A stretch of DNA of 64,000 nucleotides from an uncultured Verrucomicrobiae bacterium (GCA_963837955.1 CAWIPH010000002.1:3168001-3232000), one strand, 5' to 3'. Counted from the stretch's first letter, positions 9,767-19,418 are shown. Notes: generated by a model from the letters alone, not told the origin. Numbers and translations are program-made.

Positions 9767-10205
9767 TGCAATACTGTCGCTCGGTTTAGGAAAAGATCAC
9801 CTAAATCGTTCAGCAAGCCGCAAAGGGAGGTCAGGCGGAATTTTCAAGAGCTAGAGTCCCGTGCCCCTGGACTTGTGAATGACGCGAATGCCCGCGTCCG
9901 AGCAGGTCCTCTGACGCCGCAGCCAAACCAATTGCAGTGAACGCCCGTTTGCGCCAATTTCCTCCATGGGATTACGCGTTCGCAGACGACCCCAACTATT
10001 CTATGCCGAATATTCGTCCGGACGGCCCTCCGGTTGCGGATGCTGCGGCTGTCTGATGACACCATTCCTCGCTTTATTGCTGGTCACACTACTCCTGGTA
10101 GAACGACTCATCAGGAGGCTCTTAGCCCGTCCTTAGGCAATCCCGATCAGAGCGACCATACCGCCAGCACAGCGAAGGAAAATCCATTCGCGGCACTCCG
10201 AGGAG

Positions 10206-11030
10206 TCAGACCGAAACCAATTCCTGCGAAAGCGCCGCCAATCGTTGCTGCATCTGTTTGTCGTAGGCCTGAGCGCTGGCTTTCGCTACGCTAAGCCCAT
10301 CGAAATATTCTCCGGTCACATTCTCGAGTGCCGGATCGGTTACCAGTCTCAGTGTTGCATTCAATCCCTCTTCCACCGAGCTCATCACCTCCCAGCCGGC
10401 TTCAAGGACCATTTTCGTGGGCATCAGAGAGGCGGGATGAAGCGCATTGACAGTCACTCCCGTACCCGCCAAGCGCCTGGCCAGATCAAATGTCCAGGCG
10501 ATCATCGCGAGTTTGCTTTGCCGGTAAGCCGTAACGCCGGAGTACCCGCGCGTCAGCATGATATTATCGAAATCTAAGGGCGCTTGGCCGACCGAAGCGA
10601 CGTTTACGATCCGAGCAGGAATTGATGTTTTGAGCAACGGAAGCAATCGCTCCGTCAGGAGATAGGGAGCGAGGTAGTTTACCGCAAAACGAAGTTCATA
10701 TCCATCTTGGCTAAGTTCGCGTTTGGAAGCGTCTTTGCCGAAGCCAACTCCTGCATTATTCACGAGCACATCGAGCCGGGTAACACTAGAGATGACTTGC
10801 TTTGCCAATTCCCGAACTTCTGCGAGCGAAGAAAGATCTGCGCGGCAAAACTGAATTCTGTCGTTGCCCGTTGCCTCTTTCAGCTTGCGCACGGTTTCCA
10901 GGCCGCGTTCCGTGTCGCGCCCGTGCAGCAAAAGGGTTGCGCCTTGGTCCGCCAAAGCCTGAGCGAGCTCCCGGCCCAACCCGCCGATTGCGCCAGTAAT
11001 CAGTATCGTTTGTTTTTCGATCGGTCTCAT
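10206..11030 (-). CDS. Short-chain dehydrogenase/reductase
   Basis: ITGAIGGLG, NNAG, YRQSK catalytic motif, VNALHP. Confidence 0.95.
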   Translation of the reverse strand: MRPIEKQTILITGAIGGLGRELAQALADQGATLLLHGRDTERGLETVRKLKEATGNDRIQFCRADLSSLAEVRELAKQVISSVTRLDVLVNNAGVGFGKDASKRELSQDGYELRFAVNYLAPYLLTERLLPLLKTSIPARIVNVASVGQAPLDFDNIMLTRGYSGVTAYRQSKLAMIAWTFDLARRLAGTGVTVNALHPASLMPTKMVLEAGWEVMSSVEEGLNATLRLVTDPALENVTGEYFDGLSVAKASAQAYDKQMQQRLAALSQELVSV

Positions 11031-11228
11031 CCTTGTGTCTTAGACTTTTCGGAAGCTATTGGGCGGTTTCATATAGTGGTACTATACGCAAGTACGACTG
11101 TGTTTAGATACAGCCTGCTAAATCATTGAAACTATCACGACAAGAATGGAAGCGGACTGGCGCGGGGCCGGCTCCCTGCCGTGGGAATGAACTTGATTAA
11201 TCGGCGACTAAACTGAATTCTGCTCCGC

Positions 11229-12767
11229 ATGGAGTGTTCGCATGACGTCGTAGTCATCGGCGGTGCCATTGCCGGGGCGTCCACTGCATTCTTGCTCAAA
11301 CGCAAGGATCCAGCGCTGCGTATACTGATTATCGAAAAGGCGGAAGAATTCGACCGCAAAGTGGGGGAATCAACGAGCGAAGTGGGCGCTTGTTTCCTCA
11401 TGCGGGTGCTGAATCTCAGTAATCATCTGGGGCATGAGCAGATTACGAAGTCCGGGCTGCGAATGTGGTTCTATCGCGATAGTAATGATTGCTACACGCG
11501 TTGTGCCGAACTCGGTCCAAAACATCAGACCCGCCTGCCGGCGTTTCAGCTCGATCGCGCGACGCTCGATGAAGCCGTTCTGCAGAAAGCGGTGAAGGCG
11601 GGATGCGAACTATGGCGTCCGGCCAAAGTGCAGGATTTGGAATTGGGTGGAGAAGGAAAAAATCAAATCAGCGTTCGAATAGGCGAAGAAATTCGCACTG
11701 TGACTGCACGCTGGGTGATTGATGGGAGCGGTTGGACGGCAGTGATCGCACGCAAGCTAAAGCTCTATCGTCCGTTGGAAACGCATCCGATCAATGCCGT
11801 ATGGGCGCGATTCCGCAACACAACCGATCTCGACGGACCTGAGATCTGGGAAAGCGCTCCTCATTTTACCGAACCGTGCTGGGCGATGCGACAATGGGCG
11901 ACCAACCATCTGATGGGAAACGGCTGGTGGGGTTGGCTGATTCCTTTGAAGGGTGGTGACTGCAGTGTCGGCCTGGTTTACGACAGCCGGATTTTTCAAT
12001 TGCCTCCCGGAGCAAATCTAGGTGCGAGGCTGAAGGAACATCTGATGACTCATCCCCTAGGGAAAAAGGCGCTTTGCGATGCCGAATATATCGAGAAGGA
12101 TGTCCACGCCCGTTCCAATCTCGCGTACTATAGCGAGCAATCCATTGGCGATGGATGGGCCTTAGTTGGGGACGCTTCCGGCTTTCTGGATCCCCTTTAC
12201 AGCCAGGGATTCGATTTTATTTCGTATACCTGCTGCGGCGTGTTTGAAATCCTTTCGGACGCTCTGGCTGGCAAAGATATTACGAAAGCCAGAGATCGCT
12301 ATAACTGCCTTTTTCAGAAGCAATTTCATACTTGGTTTGAAAGCATTTATAAGGACAAATATTATTATCTCGGTGACGTGGAATTGATGATCGTTGCTTT
12401 TTATCTGGATATCGGAGCCTATTTTATTGGCCCGGTGAGACAGGCGTACAGCAACGATCCTCGTCGCTACTCGGAGCTCCCGTATGGCGGCCCGGTTGGA
12501 CAGATATTTGGCCGATTTATGCGACTTTATAATCGGCGCTTGGCGGCGATCGCTAAGCGAAGAATCACGGCCGGGACCTACGGCCTTAAGAACTTGGACA
12601 CCCGGCTGTTCCTGCCCGGATTCAGCCCCGGTCCCGGATCCTTGAGGTTTATGTTACGCGGCGTTCGGAAATGGCTGGTCTTAGAGTGCAAAAACCTTTT
12701 CCTCCGAGTGCCATCCAATGCTCCGCCACCGGTTGTCGAACAGGCAGAACCCGCTCTCCGTCAATAG
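11229..12767 (+). CDS. Flavin-dependent halogenase-family oxidoreductase
   Basis: VVIGGAIAG FAD motif, KVGEST, candidate catalytic Lys in ITKSGLRMWF, WGWLIP (WxWxIP) and GDASGFLDPLYSQG. Confidence 0.85.
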   Translation: MECSHDVVVIGGAIAGASTAFLLKRKDPALRILIIEKAEEFDRKVGESTSEVGACFLMRVLNLSNHLGHEQITKSGLRMWFYRDSNDCYTRCAELGPKHQTRLPAFQLDRATLDEAVLQKAVKAGCELWRPAKVQDLELGGEGKNQISVRIGEEIRTVTARWVIDGSGWTAVIARKLKLYRPLETHPINAVWARFRNTTDLDGPEIWESAPHFTEPCWAMRQWATNHLMGNGWWGWLIPLKGGDCSVGLVYDSRIFQLPPGANLGARLKEHLMTHPLGKKALCDAEYIEKDVHARSNLAYYSEQSIGDGWALVGDASGFLDPLYSQGFDFISYTCCGVFEILSDALAGKDITKARDRYNCLFQKQFHTWFESIYKDKYYYLGDVELMIVAFYLDIGAYFIGPVRQAYSNDPRRYSELPYGGPVGQIFGRFMRLYNRRLAAIAKRRITAGTYGLKNLDTRLFLPGFSPGPGSLRFMLRGVRKWLVLECKNLFLRVPSNAPPPVVEQAEPALRQ

Positions 12768-12935
12768 AGGATTCTGGCTCAATCGGACGGCGCGTAGCTG
12801 CGTCAACGCAAGGGTCGCAATCAGGCTCGCACAGGTTGCGCCACGGGTTGAAGAAATCGATCCCGCAGGGATCCAATGAAAGTACCCCAGCAATTCATTG
12901 CTGGGGTTAGATTAAAAAGTTGCGCCCGTCCCGAA

Positions 12936-14406
12936 GGGGCTTGTCGGACTTTTCAATTGGGTAGCAGATCTGGTAAAAAGGTGGATGCCAGAGCGATATG
13001 TAGTCATTGATCGGCAGACGCCGATGTTGTTGCCGGTCGATTTGCGAGATTGGGTGGCAAAGGATGATTTGGCGCGCTTGATAGCGGAGGCGGTCGATCA
13101 ATGCGATCTACGGCTAGCTTGTACCAATGAGCGGGGTAGCGGTAGTGCGCAGTATCCGCCTGGAATGATGTTGGGCTTACTGATTTACGCTTATGCGCGA
13201 GGAGTATTTTCTTCCCGGCGCATCGAACAACTCAGTTACGAAAGCCTTTCGGTGCGTTACTTGTGTGGCAACACCCATCCGGATCACGATACCATCGCGA
13301 AGTTTCGGCGAGAGAACGGAGCGTTATTTCGAGAGTGTTTCCGTAGCGTGTTATTGTTGGCGCGGGAATTAGGATTGGTTCGAGTGGGCAAGCTAGCAGT
13401 GGATGGAACGCGACTGGAAGCCAACGCCAATCGCCATCGCTTCAGCACGCGGGAGCAATTAGAGCAAGAAAGGGCTCGAGTCGAAGAGCTCATTAGCGAG
13501 CTGATCCAACGAGGGGAAGCGGCTGATCAAGCTGAAGAGGGCGAAGCAGAGACTGAAGGCTTGCCAGCGGAGTTAGCCGATGGGCAAAAGCGCCGTAAGG
13601 CCATCAAAGAAGCTCTAGAGCGCATCAAGCAACGAGAAGCCCAGCAGCAAGCCGAAAAAGAGCAATTAGCCCAGAGCGGTCGTCAGAGCCAGGCCAAGGA
13701 GGTACGGATGAATTTGACCGATCCAGACTGTGGGATCTTACACCGTAAAGGGGCAGGTACAGTCATTGGCTATAACGCCCAAATTGGAGTCGATATCCAA
13801 GGTGCAGGCCTGATTGTGACTAATGCCGTCAGTGCCAAAGGGGGCGACGCGGAGTTATTGAACCAAGTCCTTGAGCAGCTCGCTCCCGAGTTAGGAGCAG
13901 TAAAGGAAGTGGTCGTCGATTGTGGCTATGAGAGCGGACCCAAAGCCTATGAGCTGGAAAAGAGCCTTGGCACCAAAGTCTATTATCCTCCCCGTCCGAT
14001 CCAAGTCAGTGCTAGTGGACCAAAACATCGCAACAGCCATAGGCAACGCTTGGCGCGACACATGCGTTATTTAATCAAAAAACGCATCGAGTCCCCCCAC
14101 GGACAGTGGTTGCAACGTCGGCGCCAAACGGTAGCTGAGGGTGCTTTTGGTTTTATCAAACGCGCGTTGGGCTTTCAGCGCTTCAGTCTACGCGGCTTGC
14201 AAAAAGTTCAGACCGAATGGCAACTAGTCTGCTTGGCCTTTAACCTGCGCAAACTGGCCTAAAGAAAACAAAAAGGCTCTGCACCTACCCGCAGCTCCCT
14301 TCGCGGAAAATTACGGCTTACCTCAAAGCTGATCGCAATCCTCCCCTTTACCGTCTCCCTTCCGCCAAAAAAAAGCGGAAAAAACATCACGAAGTCCGAC
14401 GGCCCC
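12936..14406 (+). mobile_element. IS1182-family insertion sequence
   Basis: Imperfect terminal inverted repeats GGGGCTTGTCGGACTT / AAGTCCGACGGCCCC; 4-bp direct repeat CGAA at 12932-12935 and 14407-14410; encloses a transposase. Confidence 0.88.
12985..14262 (+). CDS. IS1182-family DDE transposase
   Basis: YPPGMMLGLLIYAY, SSRRIEQ, PDHDTIAKFR, VDGTRLEANA, TDPD, GYNAQ, DCGY and EGAFGFIK..LGFQRFSLRG motifs. Confidence 0.95.
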   Translation: MPERYVVIDRQTPMLLPVDLRDWVAKDDLARLIAEAVDQCDLRLACTNERGSGSAQYPPGMMLGLLIYAYARGVFSSRRIEQLSYESLSVRYLCGNTHPDHDTIAKFRRENGALFRECFRSVLLLARELGLVRVGKLAVDGTRLEANANRHRFSTREQLEQERARVEELISELIQRGEAADQAEEGEAETEGLPAELADGQKRRKAIKEALERIKQREAQQQAEKEQLAQSGRQSQAKEVRMNLTDPDCGILHRKGAGTVIGYNAQIGVDIQGAGLIVTNAVSAKGGDAELLNQVLEQLAPELGAVKEVVVDCGYESGPKAYELEKSLGTKVYYPPRPIQVSASGPKHRNSHRQRLARHMRYLIKKRIESPHGQWLQRRRQTVAEGAFGFIKRALGFQRFSLRGLQKVQTEWQLVCLAFNLRKLA

Positions 14407-14686
14407 CGAAGGGACGATCGAAACGTTCAGTTATTGGCCTCCCATTGTGACTTTAGCGCAAGCGGTGATCGATCGTCCCTTGCGGGACGGACACGTTTTC
14501 ATAAACTTACCCAGCAATAAATTGCTGGGCTACTTTCATTGGGTCCCTGCGGGACGGCTCCTCTCGGCGTACATGCCTGTCCTTCCGTTGATGACCGCGC
14601 TCTTCCAACGCGCACTCGACGAGGTCGAACGACGCGTTCGCGCCATTTTCACTCGTCGAGCTCCGTGTAGACAACGCGCGATTAAT

Positions 14687-15079
14687 CTATTTCGTCGCGT
14701 AAGCAATTATCGCAATGGCGGCGCCCTGCGGGTCCTGAAGCACGGCGAATCGGCCCACTTCGGGAATATCGCGCGGCGGCGCCATAACTTTCCCGCCGAG
14801 CTTCTCTGCCTGCTTCGCCGTGGTATCGACATTGTCCACGGTCACATAGCTTATCCAGGCCGGCGGCATGCCCTTCGCCGTTGGTGGTATCGGCATGATA
14901 CCGCCCTGACCAGTTTCGCTGCCGCTTGGTCTCACCACCGTGTAAGTGAACTCAGGCATCGGCCACTCCTGACTAGTCCACCCGAACAGCTGCGTATAAA
15001 ACTTCGTTGCTCCGGCCGGATCGGTCGTCGCCAGTTCGTTCCAACTGAACTGACCATGTTTGGTTTCTGAGGGTTCCAT
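14687..15079 (-). CDS. VOC/glyoxalase-family protein
   Basis: FSWNELATTDP, FYTQLFGW, WISYVTVDNVD, GRFAVLQDPQGA. Confidence 0.92.
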   Translation of the reverse strand: MEPSETKHGQFSWNELATTDPAGATKFYTQLFGWTSQEWPMPEFTYTVVRPSGSETGQGGIMPIPPTAKGMPPAWISYVTVDNVDTTAKQAEKLGGKVMAPPRDIPEVGRFAVLQDPQGAAIAIIAYATK

Positions 15080-15128
15080 GTGTTTTGGTCTTTTTTTTTG
15101 GGGTCTGCTTTGTTGTTTAACAGGAAAA

Positions 15129-15581
15129 TCAGCTCACGAGATATTTTTCCAGTTTGTCCAAGGCACCGATCCAACCATGCGCGTGGGCGTCACGCGACTC
15201 GGCGCTTGGCAGTTGCTCGTGCGTGAGGTGAATCGTAGTTAAGCCACCGACTTCGACAAATTCGACTGTCACCAAACTCGATCCGACTTCAAATTCCGGA
15301 TTACCCTCCCACTGCCAGGTGTAAACTAATTTCGAAGGCGGTATTACTTCCCGGTATTGCCCGCGTACTCTCACCTCACCCAGCGTTGGAGTTGATGTGT
15401 AAAAGCAATACTCGCCACCAACACGCAAATCCACCTGGGCATCCAGGACGCGGCCGGCCTCGGGCCCGAACCACATTTTAATCTCCTCCGGGCTAGTCCA
15501 AGCAGCAAACACGCGTTCGCGTGGTGCTGCGATCACGCGGCTTATTTGCAGGACCGGTTTTTCTTCAGCCGCCTCACTCAT
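15129..15581 (-). CDS. SRPBCC (AHSA1-like) domain protein
   Basis: ISRVIAAPRERVFAAWTSPE..WFGP, DLRVGG, HAHGW. Confidence 0.92.
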   Translation of the reverse strand: MSEAAEEKPVLQISRVIAAPRERVFAAWTSPEEIKMWFGPEAGRVLDAQVDLRVGGEYCFYTSTPTLGEVRVRGQYREVIPPSKLVYTWQWEGNPEFEVGSSLVTVEFVEVGGLTTIHLTHEQLPSAESRDAHAHGWIGALDKLEKYLVS

Positions 15582-15658
15582 GCTCTGTCTTTCCTTTTCT
15601 CTTCGCTGGGTCAGTGTCGACGATGATCCCCGTTTCGTTTATTGGTTAACGGAGAAAC

Positions 15659-16114
15659 TCAGCTGGCCAGATACTTTTCCAGCTTGTCAAGAGTTCCGCT
15701 CCAGCCCTGACCATGATCGTCCCGCGCTTCGGCGTTGGGCAGCTGTTCGTGAGTGAGTCGAATCTCGGTTGAGCCGCCGACCTCGGAAAATTCGACACTG
15801 ACGATGCTGGATTCGAGTTCCAGTTCCGAGTTGCCTTCCCAGGACCAGGTATAAATCAACTTCGACGGCGGTGTGACCTCCCGATATTGTCCGCGTAACC
15901 TCAACTCACCCATTTTCTTGTCCGACAGATGAAAACAATACTCGCCGCCAACCCGTAGATCGACCCGCGCATCCAGAACGCGACACGTTTCAGGTCCGAA
16001 CCAGATTTTGATTGCTTCCGGCGTGGTCCAAGCAGCAAAAACGCGTTCACACGGAGCTGCAATCACGCGGTTCATTTGCAGAACCGGCTTTTCTTCAACC
16101 GCCTTGTCCATCAT
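15659..16114 (-). CDS. SRPBCC (AHSA1-like) domain protein, tandem paralogue
   Basis: Same motifs; strongly similar to the 15129-15581 product. Confidence 0.92.
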   Translation of the reverse strand: MMDKAVEEKPVLQMNRVIAAPCERVFAAWTTPEAIKIWFGPETCRVLDARVDLRVGGEYCFHLSDKKMGELRLRGQYREVTPPSKLIYTWSWEGNSELELESSIVSVEFSEVGGSTEIRLTHEQLPNAEARDDHGQGWSGTLDKLEKYLAS

Positions 16115-16461
16115 CTGCCTTTCTTTTGTCGTTGTTGTTTTTCCAGATAATCTGCCAAGGCATCAAACTGCCCCTCCCAAAATCCCCGATAACGCTCGAT
16201 CCAGTTGGCCACGTCACGCATCGGCTTCGCCTCGAGTCGCAGGCGATGCACGCGTCCATCACGCTCTCGGGTAATCAGGCCAGCTTTCTCGAGGACACGC
16301 AGATGCTTGGAAACCGCCGGCAGCGAAATAGAGAAAGGCTTGGCTAGGTCCGTCACGCAGAGTTCCGCGTGAGCCAGCAGATCGAGGATGCGGCGACGGG
16401 TTGGATCGGACAAAGCGGCGAAGATTACATCCAGAGAGGCTGCCTCGAGATATTTAACCAT
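16111..16461 (-). CDS. ArsR/SmtB-family transcriptional regulator
   Basis: FAALSDPTRRRIL, ISLPAVSKHLRVLEKAGLI, FWEGQFDAL; start at MVKY (16461) or 16473. Confidence 0.93.
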   Translation of the reverse strand: MVKYLEAASLDVIFAALSDPTRRRILDLLAHAELCVTDLAKPFSISLPAVSKHLRVLEKAGLITRERDGRVHRLRLEAKPMRDVANWIERYRGFWEGQFDALADYLEKQQRQKKGR

Positions 16462-16469
16462 GCGGTTTA
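16455..16469. promoter_or_regulatory. Palindrome overlapping the ArsR start, candidate autoregulatory operator
   Basis: AACC-ATGC-GGTT dyad in an AT-rich context spanning the start codon. Confidence 0.45.
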
Positions 16470-16529
16470 GCATTCGGCTCGCCGACCCGTTCCTGCAAGC
16501 AAAATCTTTTAAGAGCTCGATAGACGCGA

Positions 16530-16573
16530 ATATGGGTCCAATGAGTCACATGGGACCTATGCGACCTATGGGG
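16530..16573. repeat. Degenerate 9-bp tandem repeat (ATGGGWCCW-like, ~4.5 units)
   Basis: atgggtcca atgagtcac atgggacct atgcgacct atggg. Confidence 0.7.
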
Positions 16574-16584
16574 CTTTCGAATAG

Positions 16585-18024
16585 TTAGCGTGAAATATTC
16601 CGACGCAAATCTCTTAAAGCGGCGTTAGCAGCGTGAAACCCACACATTCCATGGACGCCTCCTCCTGGCGGAGTTGACGAGGAGCAAAGGTAAACACCTT
16701 TGAGCGCAGTACGATAAGGTACTGAACTGAGGATTGGTCGAGCAATCAATTGCCCCAGATTATTGGCGCCTCCGGTGATACTTCCGCCGATCAAGTTCGG
16801 ATTAATTTTTTCAAGCTCGGCAGCCGGAGTGACATGGCTGGCCAGAACGCGGTCTTTGAACCCGGGAGCAAATCGAGCTATTTGCTTTTCAAAAAGTTTC
16901 GTCATATCCCACGACGAGCCATTGGGTACGTGACCGTACACCCAGGCGATATGCTGGTTTGAGGGAGCCCGCGTGGAATCGACCACCGTCGGTTGGCTCA
17001 GGAGAAGAAATGGATGCTCGGCGTGCCTGCCTCGAGAAACCTGGTACTCGGCCTGTGCTATCTCCTGAAAAGTTCCTCCAAGATGAACCGTGCCGGCTCT
17101 TTCGCAATCCGGATGGATCCACGGAATGGGACCATCGAGCGCGTAGTCGATCTTAAAGATGCCGGGGCCATATTTGAATCGCTCGAGCTTTCGCCGGTAA
17201 CTCGACGGAAGGAGATCGCCTAAAATTTGAACCAGCTGTCGTGGCGTTACATCAAATAGAACAACCCGTGATTCTGGCAATTGCCGCAACCTGGCAACAG
17301 AGAGGTCAGTTTGAATTTTCCCGCCAAGCGCCTGAAAATGTTGAGCCAAAGCGCGAGCAATTGCTTGCGCTCCACCGGTTGGAATCGGCCAGCCAACTGC
17401 ATGACCTAGCATCCCGAGAATAAGAGCAAACGCTCCAGAACCGGATTCGGTCAGAGGTAAGAAAGAATGAGCAGCTAAGCCCGCCAGAAGTGCTTTGCCG
17501 GGCTCCCGCGAAAAACGGCTTCGGACCAGGTGATCAACGGAAGTCAGTGCCAGACTTCCGAACCTCGCCATCTGGAAAGGACGCCGGGGAAAGTGAATGA
17601 TCGGCTGGAGAAACTCCTCCAGTAAACTCTGCCAGCGCGAAACCATCGGTTCAAACAGGTTCCGGTACGCTTTCGCATCTCGTCCAAGAACGTCGCCAGT
17701 TTCACTGACCGATCGCCGAAGAGTTGCGATCTCTGTTTGATTGATTGGGTGGGCTAAAGGGATCTCCGGCTGGCACCAGCTGAGACCATATTTTTCGAGG
17801 GGCAGAGAAGAGAAAAAAGGTGACCCCAGAGCCAATGGATGAACCGCCGAACCGATATCGTGTTGAAAGCCTGGCAGAGTCAGCTCTTCGGTCCGGCAAG
17901 CGCCCCCAACCTCTTTATTACGTTCCAATACGAGGGTGGAGAAACCATCCTGCGCGATTCGAATGGCAGCAGCCAAGCCGTTTGGTCCTGCACCAACCAC
18001 TACTGCATCATATTCGTAGACCAC
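16585..18024 (-). CDS. Phytoene dehydrogenase-like FAD oxidoreductase (COG1233 type)
   Basis: VVGAGPNGLAAA, VGGACRTEELTLPGF, YLCSSSTPPGGGVHGMCG. Confidence 0.9.
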   Translation of the reverse strand: MVYEYDAVVVGAGPNGLAAAIRIAQDGFSTLVLERNKEVGGACRTEELTLPGFQHDIGSAVHPLALGSPFFSSLPLEKYGLSWCQPEIPLAHPINQTEIATLRRSVSETGDVLGRDAKAYRNLFEPMVSRWQSLLEEFLQPIIHFPRRPFQMARFGSLALTSVDHLVRSRFSREPGKALLAGLAAHSFLPLTESGSGAFALILGMLGHAVGWPIPTGGAQAIARALAQHFQALGGKIQTDLSVARLRQLPESRVVLFDVTPRQLVQILGDLLPSSYRRKLERFKYGPGIFKIDYALDGPIPWIHPDCERAGTVHLGGTFQEIAQAEYQVSRGRHAEHPFLLLSQPTVVDSTRAPSNQHIAWVYGHVPNGSSWDMTKLFEKQIARFAPGFKDRVLASHVTPAAELEKINPNLIGGSITGGANNLGQLIARPILSSVPYRTALKGVYLCSSSTPPGGGVHGMCGFHAANAALRDLRRNISR

Positions 18025-18075
18025 GTTTTTGCCGTTTTTGTCGCCATTTAGCCGGCTTTTTTCACCGATGCTCCC

Positions 18076-19098
18076 CTATTCAAGGCGATCAAATCCCTTG
18101 AGCCGATAGAGAAGTACCGAACCGCCCCAACTCAGGATGAAAAAGGCGATAATGAAAAATCCGAGCGCGCCAAATCCGCTATTCAGATTTTCGATCAGGT
18201 CCCAGATGCCGCCGCGAAATTCGAGCTTATCCCTCAGCAAACGGAGCACTTCGATACCACCGATTACAAGAGCTACTACGACGGAGACGAAAGTGATCGT
18301 CATGTTGTAGTAGAGCTTCCGGATCGGTTTAGCAAACGCCCATCCGTATGCGCCAACCATTAGGATACCGTCTGTCGTATCAACGAATGTCATGCCGGCA
18401 GTGAACAGGACCGGGAACACCATCATTGAACTTACCGAAAGGCCTTTTGTGGCCGCAGCAGCGGACACCCCAAGAACCGCTATTTCGGTTGCCGTATCAA
18501 AGCCGAGCCCGAACAGAAATCCGATTGGATACATCTGCCAACTCGACGAAAGCGACCGAAACAAAGGGTGAAAGATTCGCGCCATCACCCCACCGGGCAT
18601 GAGAAGTCCATCTAATTCCCGGTTGTCGTAACGCACCCCGTTTTTGACCCTTCGGAAGGTTCGATACACGTTTCCCAGGATCCAAATATTCATTAGCGCG
18701 ATGCCGATCAGGAAAATTGCCGAAATCGAGGTGCCGACCAAGTTCCCGATCTCTTTCAAAGCGACAAATTGATTCTGCAGGCTTGAGGCCGCGAGATAGA
18801 CTCCCAGCGATGCGATGAGGACAACCGTCGAATGTCCAAGGGAGAAAAAGAATCCCACGGCAGCCGGCCTCTTACCGTCCTGCATGAGCTTCCGGGTCAC
18901 ATTGTCAATTGCGGCAATGTGATCTGCGTCGACCGCGTGTCGCAATCCGAACGTGTAAGAAATTAACGCCGTCCCCAGCAGAAGAGTGTTATCTCGGAAT
19001 GCAATTAACGCCCAAACCCAGCCGGAAAGATTGACCGCGGCCAAAAAGCCGTAGAACCCGAAGACCTTCTTCCTAAACATTTCGCCCGCGGTATTCAT
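18076..19098 (-). CDS. HoxN/HupN/NixA (NiCoT) nickel/cobalt permease
   Basis: GLRHAVDADHIAAIDN, FFSLGHSTVV and LFGLGFDTATE signatures. Confidence 0.96.
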   Translation of the reverse strand: MNTAGEMFRKKVFGFYGFLAAVNLSGWVWALIAFRDNTLLLGTALISYTFGLRHAVDADHIAAIDNVTRKLMQDGKRPAAVGFFFSLGHSTVVLIASLGVYLAASSLQNQFVALKEIGNLVGTSISAIFLIGIALMNIWILGNVYRTFRRVKNGVRYDNRELDGLLMPGGVMARIFHPLFRSLSSSWQMYPIGFLFGLGFDTATEIAVLGVSAAAATKGLSVSSMMVFPVLFTAGMTFVDTTDGILMVGAYGWAFAKPIRKLYYNMTITFVSVVVALVIGGIEVLRLLRDKLEFRGGIWDLIENLNSGFGALGFFIIAFFILSWGGSVLLYRLKGFDRLE

Positions 19099-19298
19099 GA
19101 TCCACTCAGTGCCGAAGGAAGAATGGTCTTGGAATGATTCAAGGACAACTTCGATTGCGTGCCGTTCCGTCGTATTCTCGCGATCGAGTGCTCCGGTTCC
19201 TGATTTTCCGTGTTTTCTTAATCAGCAAGTTCTCCGCCACCCCCATTTCTGGCCGCTCCGGTTGCTGGCGCGCTGTGTTACGCCTCGCGAGTAATTCA

Positions 19299-19317
19299 GC
19301 GAATAATCACTATTCGC
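19299..19317. promoter_or_regulatory. Perfect 7-5-7 palindrome, candidate metalloregulator operator
   Basis: GCGAATA-ATCAC-TATTCGC in the divergent NiCoT/alpha-2-macroglobulin intergenic region. Confidence 0.4.
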
Positions 19318-19418
19318 CAGGCTCCGGTCAAAGACGCTTCAATTGAATTTATAGAGTAGACAGACGCCGAATTTTGCTCGTTTTCCGGGTCGCCAGCTGA
19401 GACCATGGCGTCTCCTCT

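Larger units (their letters stand above)
12861..14554. repeat. REPIN/MITE-like long inverted-repeat element (~220 bp when empty) interrupted by IS1182
   Basis: 12861-12905 and 14510-14554 are 45-bp inverted repeats with 3 mismatches. The inner arm CCGTCCCGAAGGGACGATCGA (split by the IS) and TCGATCGTCCCTTGCGGGACGG (14469-14490) are also inverted. Confidence 0.85.

Noticed and set aside
9844..10294. ORFs 9844-10065 and 10034-10294
   Set aside because: Mutually overlapping, atypical composition and no motifs.
5068..14406. Integrative element at tRNA-Tyr
   Set aside because: No integrase, and I found no duplicated tRNA 3' end in the window.
14447..15070. 207-aa plus-strand ORF sharing LLGYFHW with ORF 12681-12893
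   Set aside because: The similarity comes from the inverted REPIN arms; the rest is antisense to the VOC gene.
19099..19418. Cobalamin or NiCo riboswitch upstream of the NiCoT gene
   Set aside because: No B12-box or other riboswitch consensus recognisable by eye; an Rfam scan would settle it.
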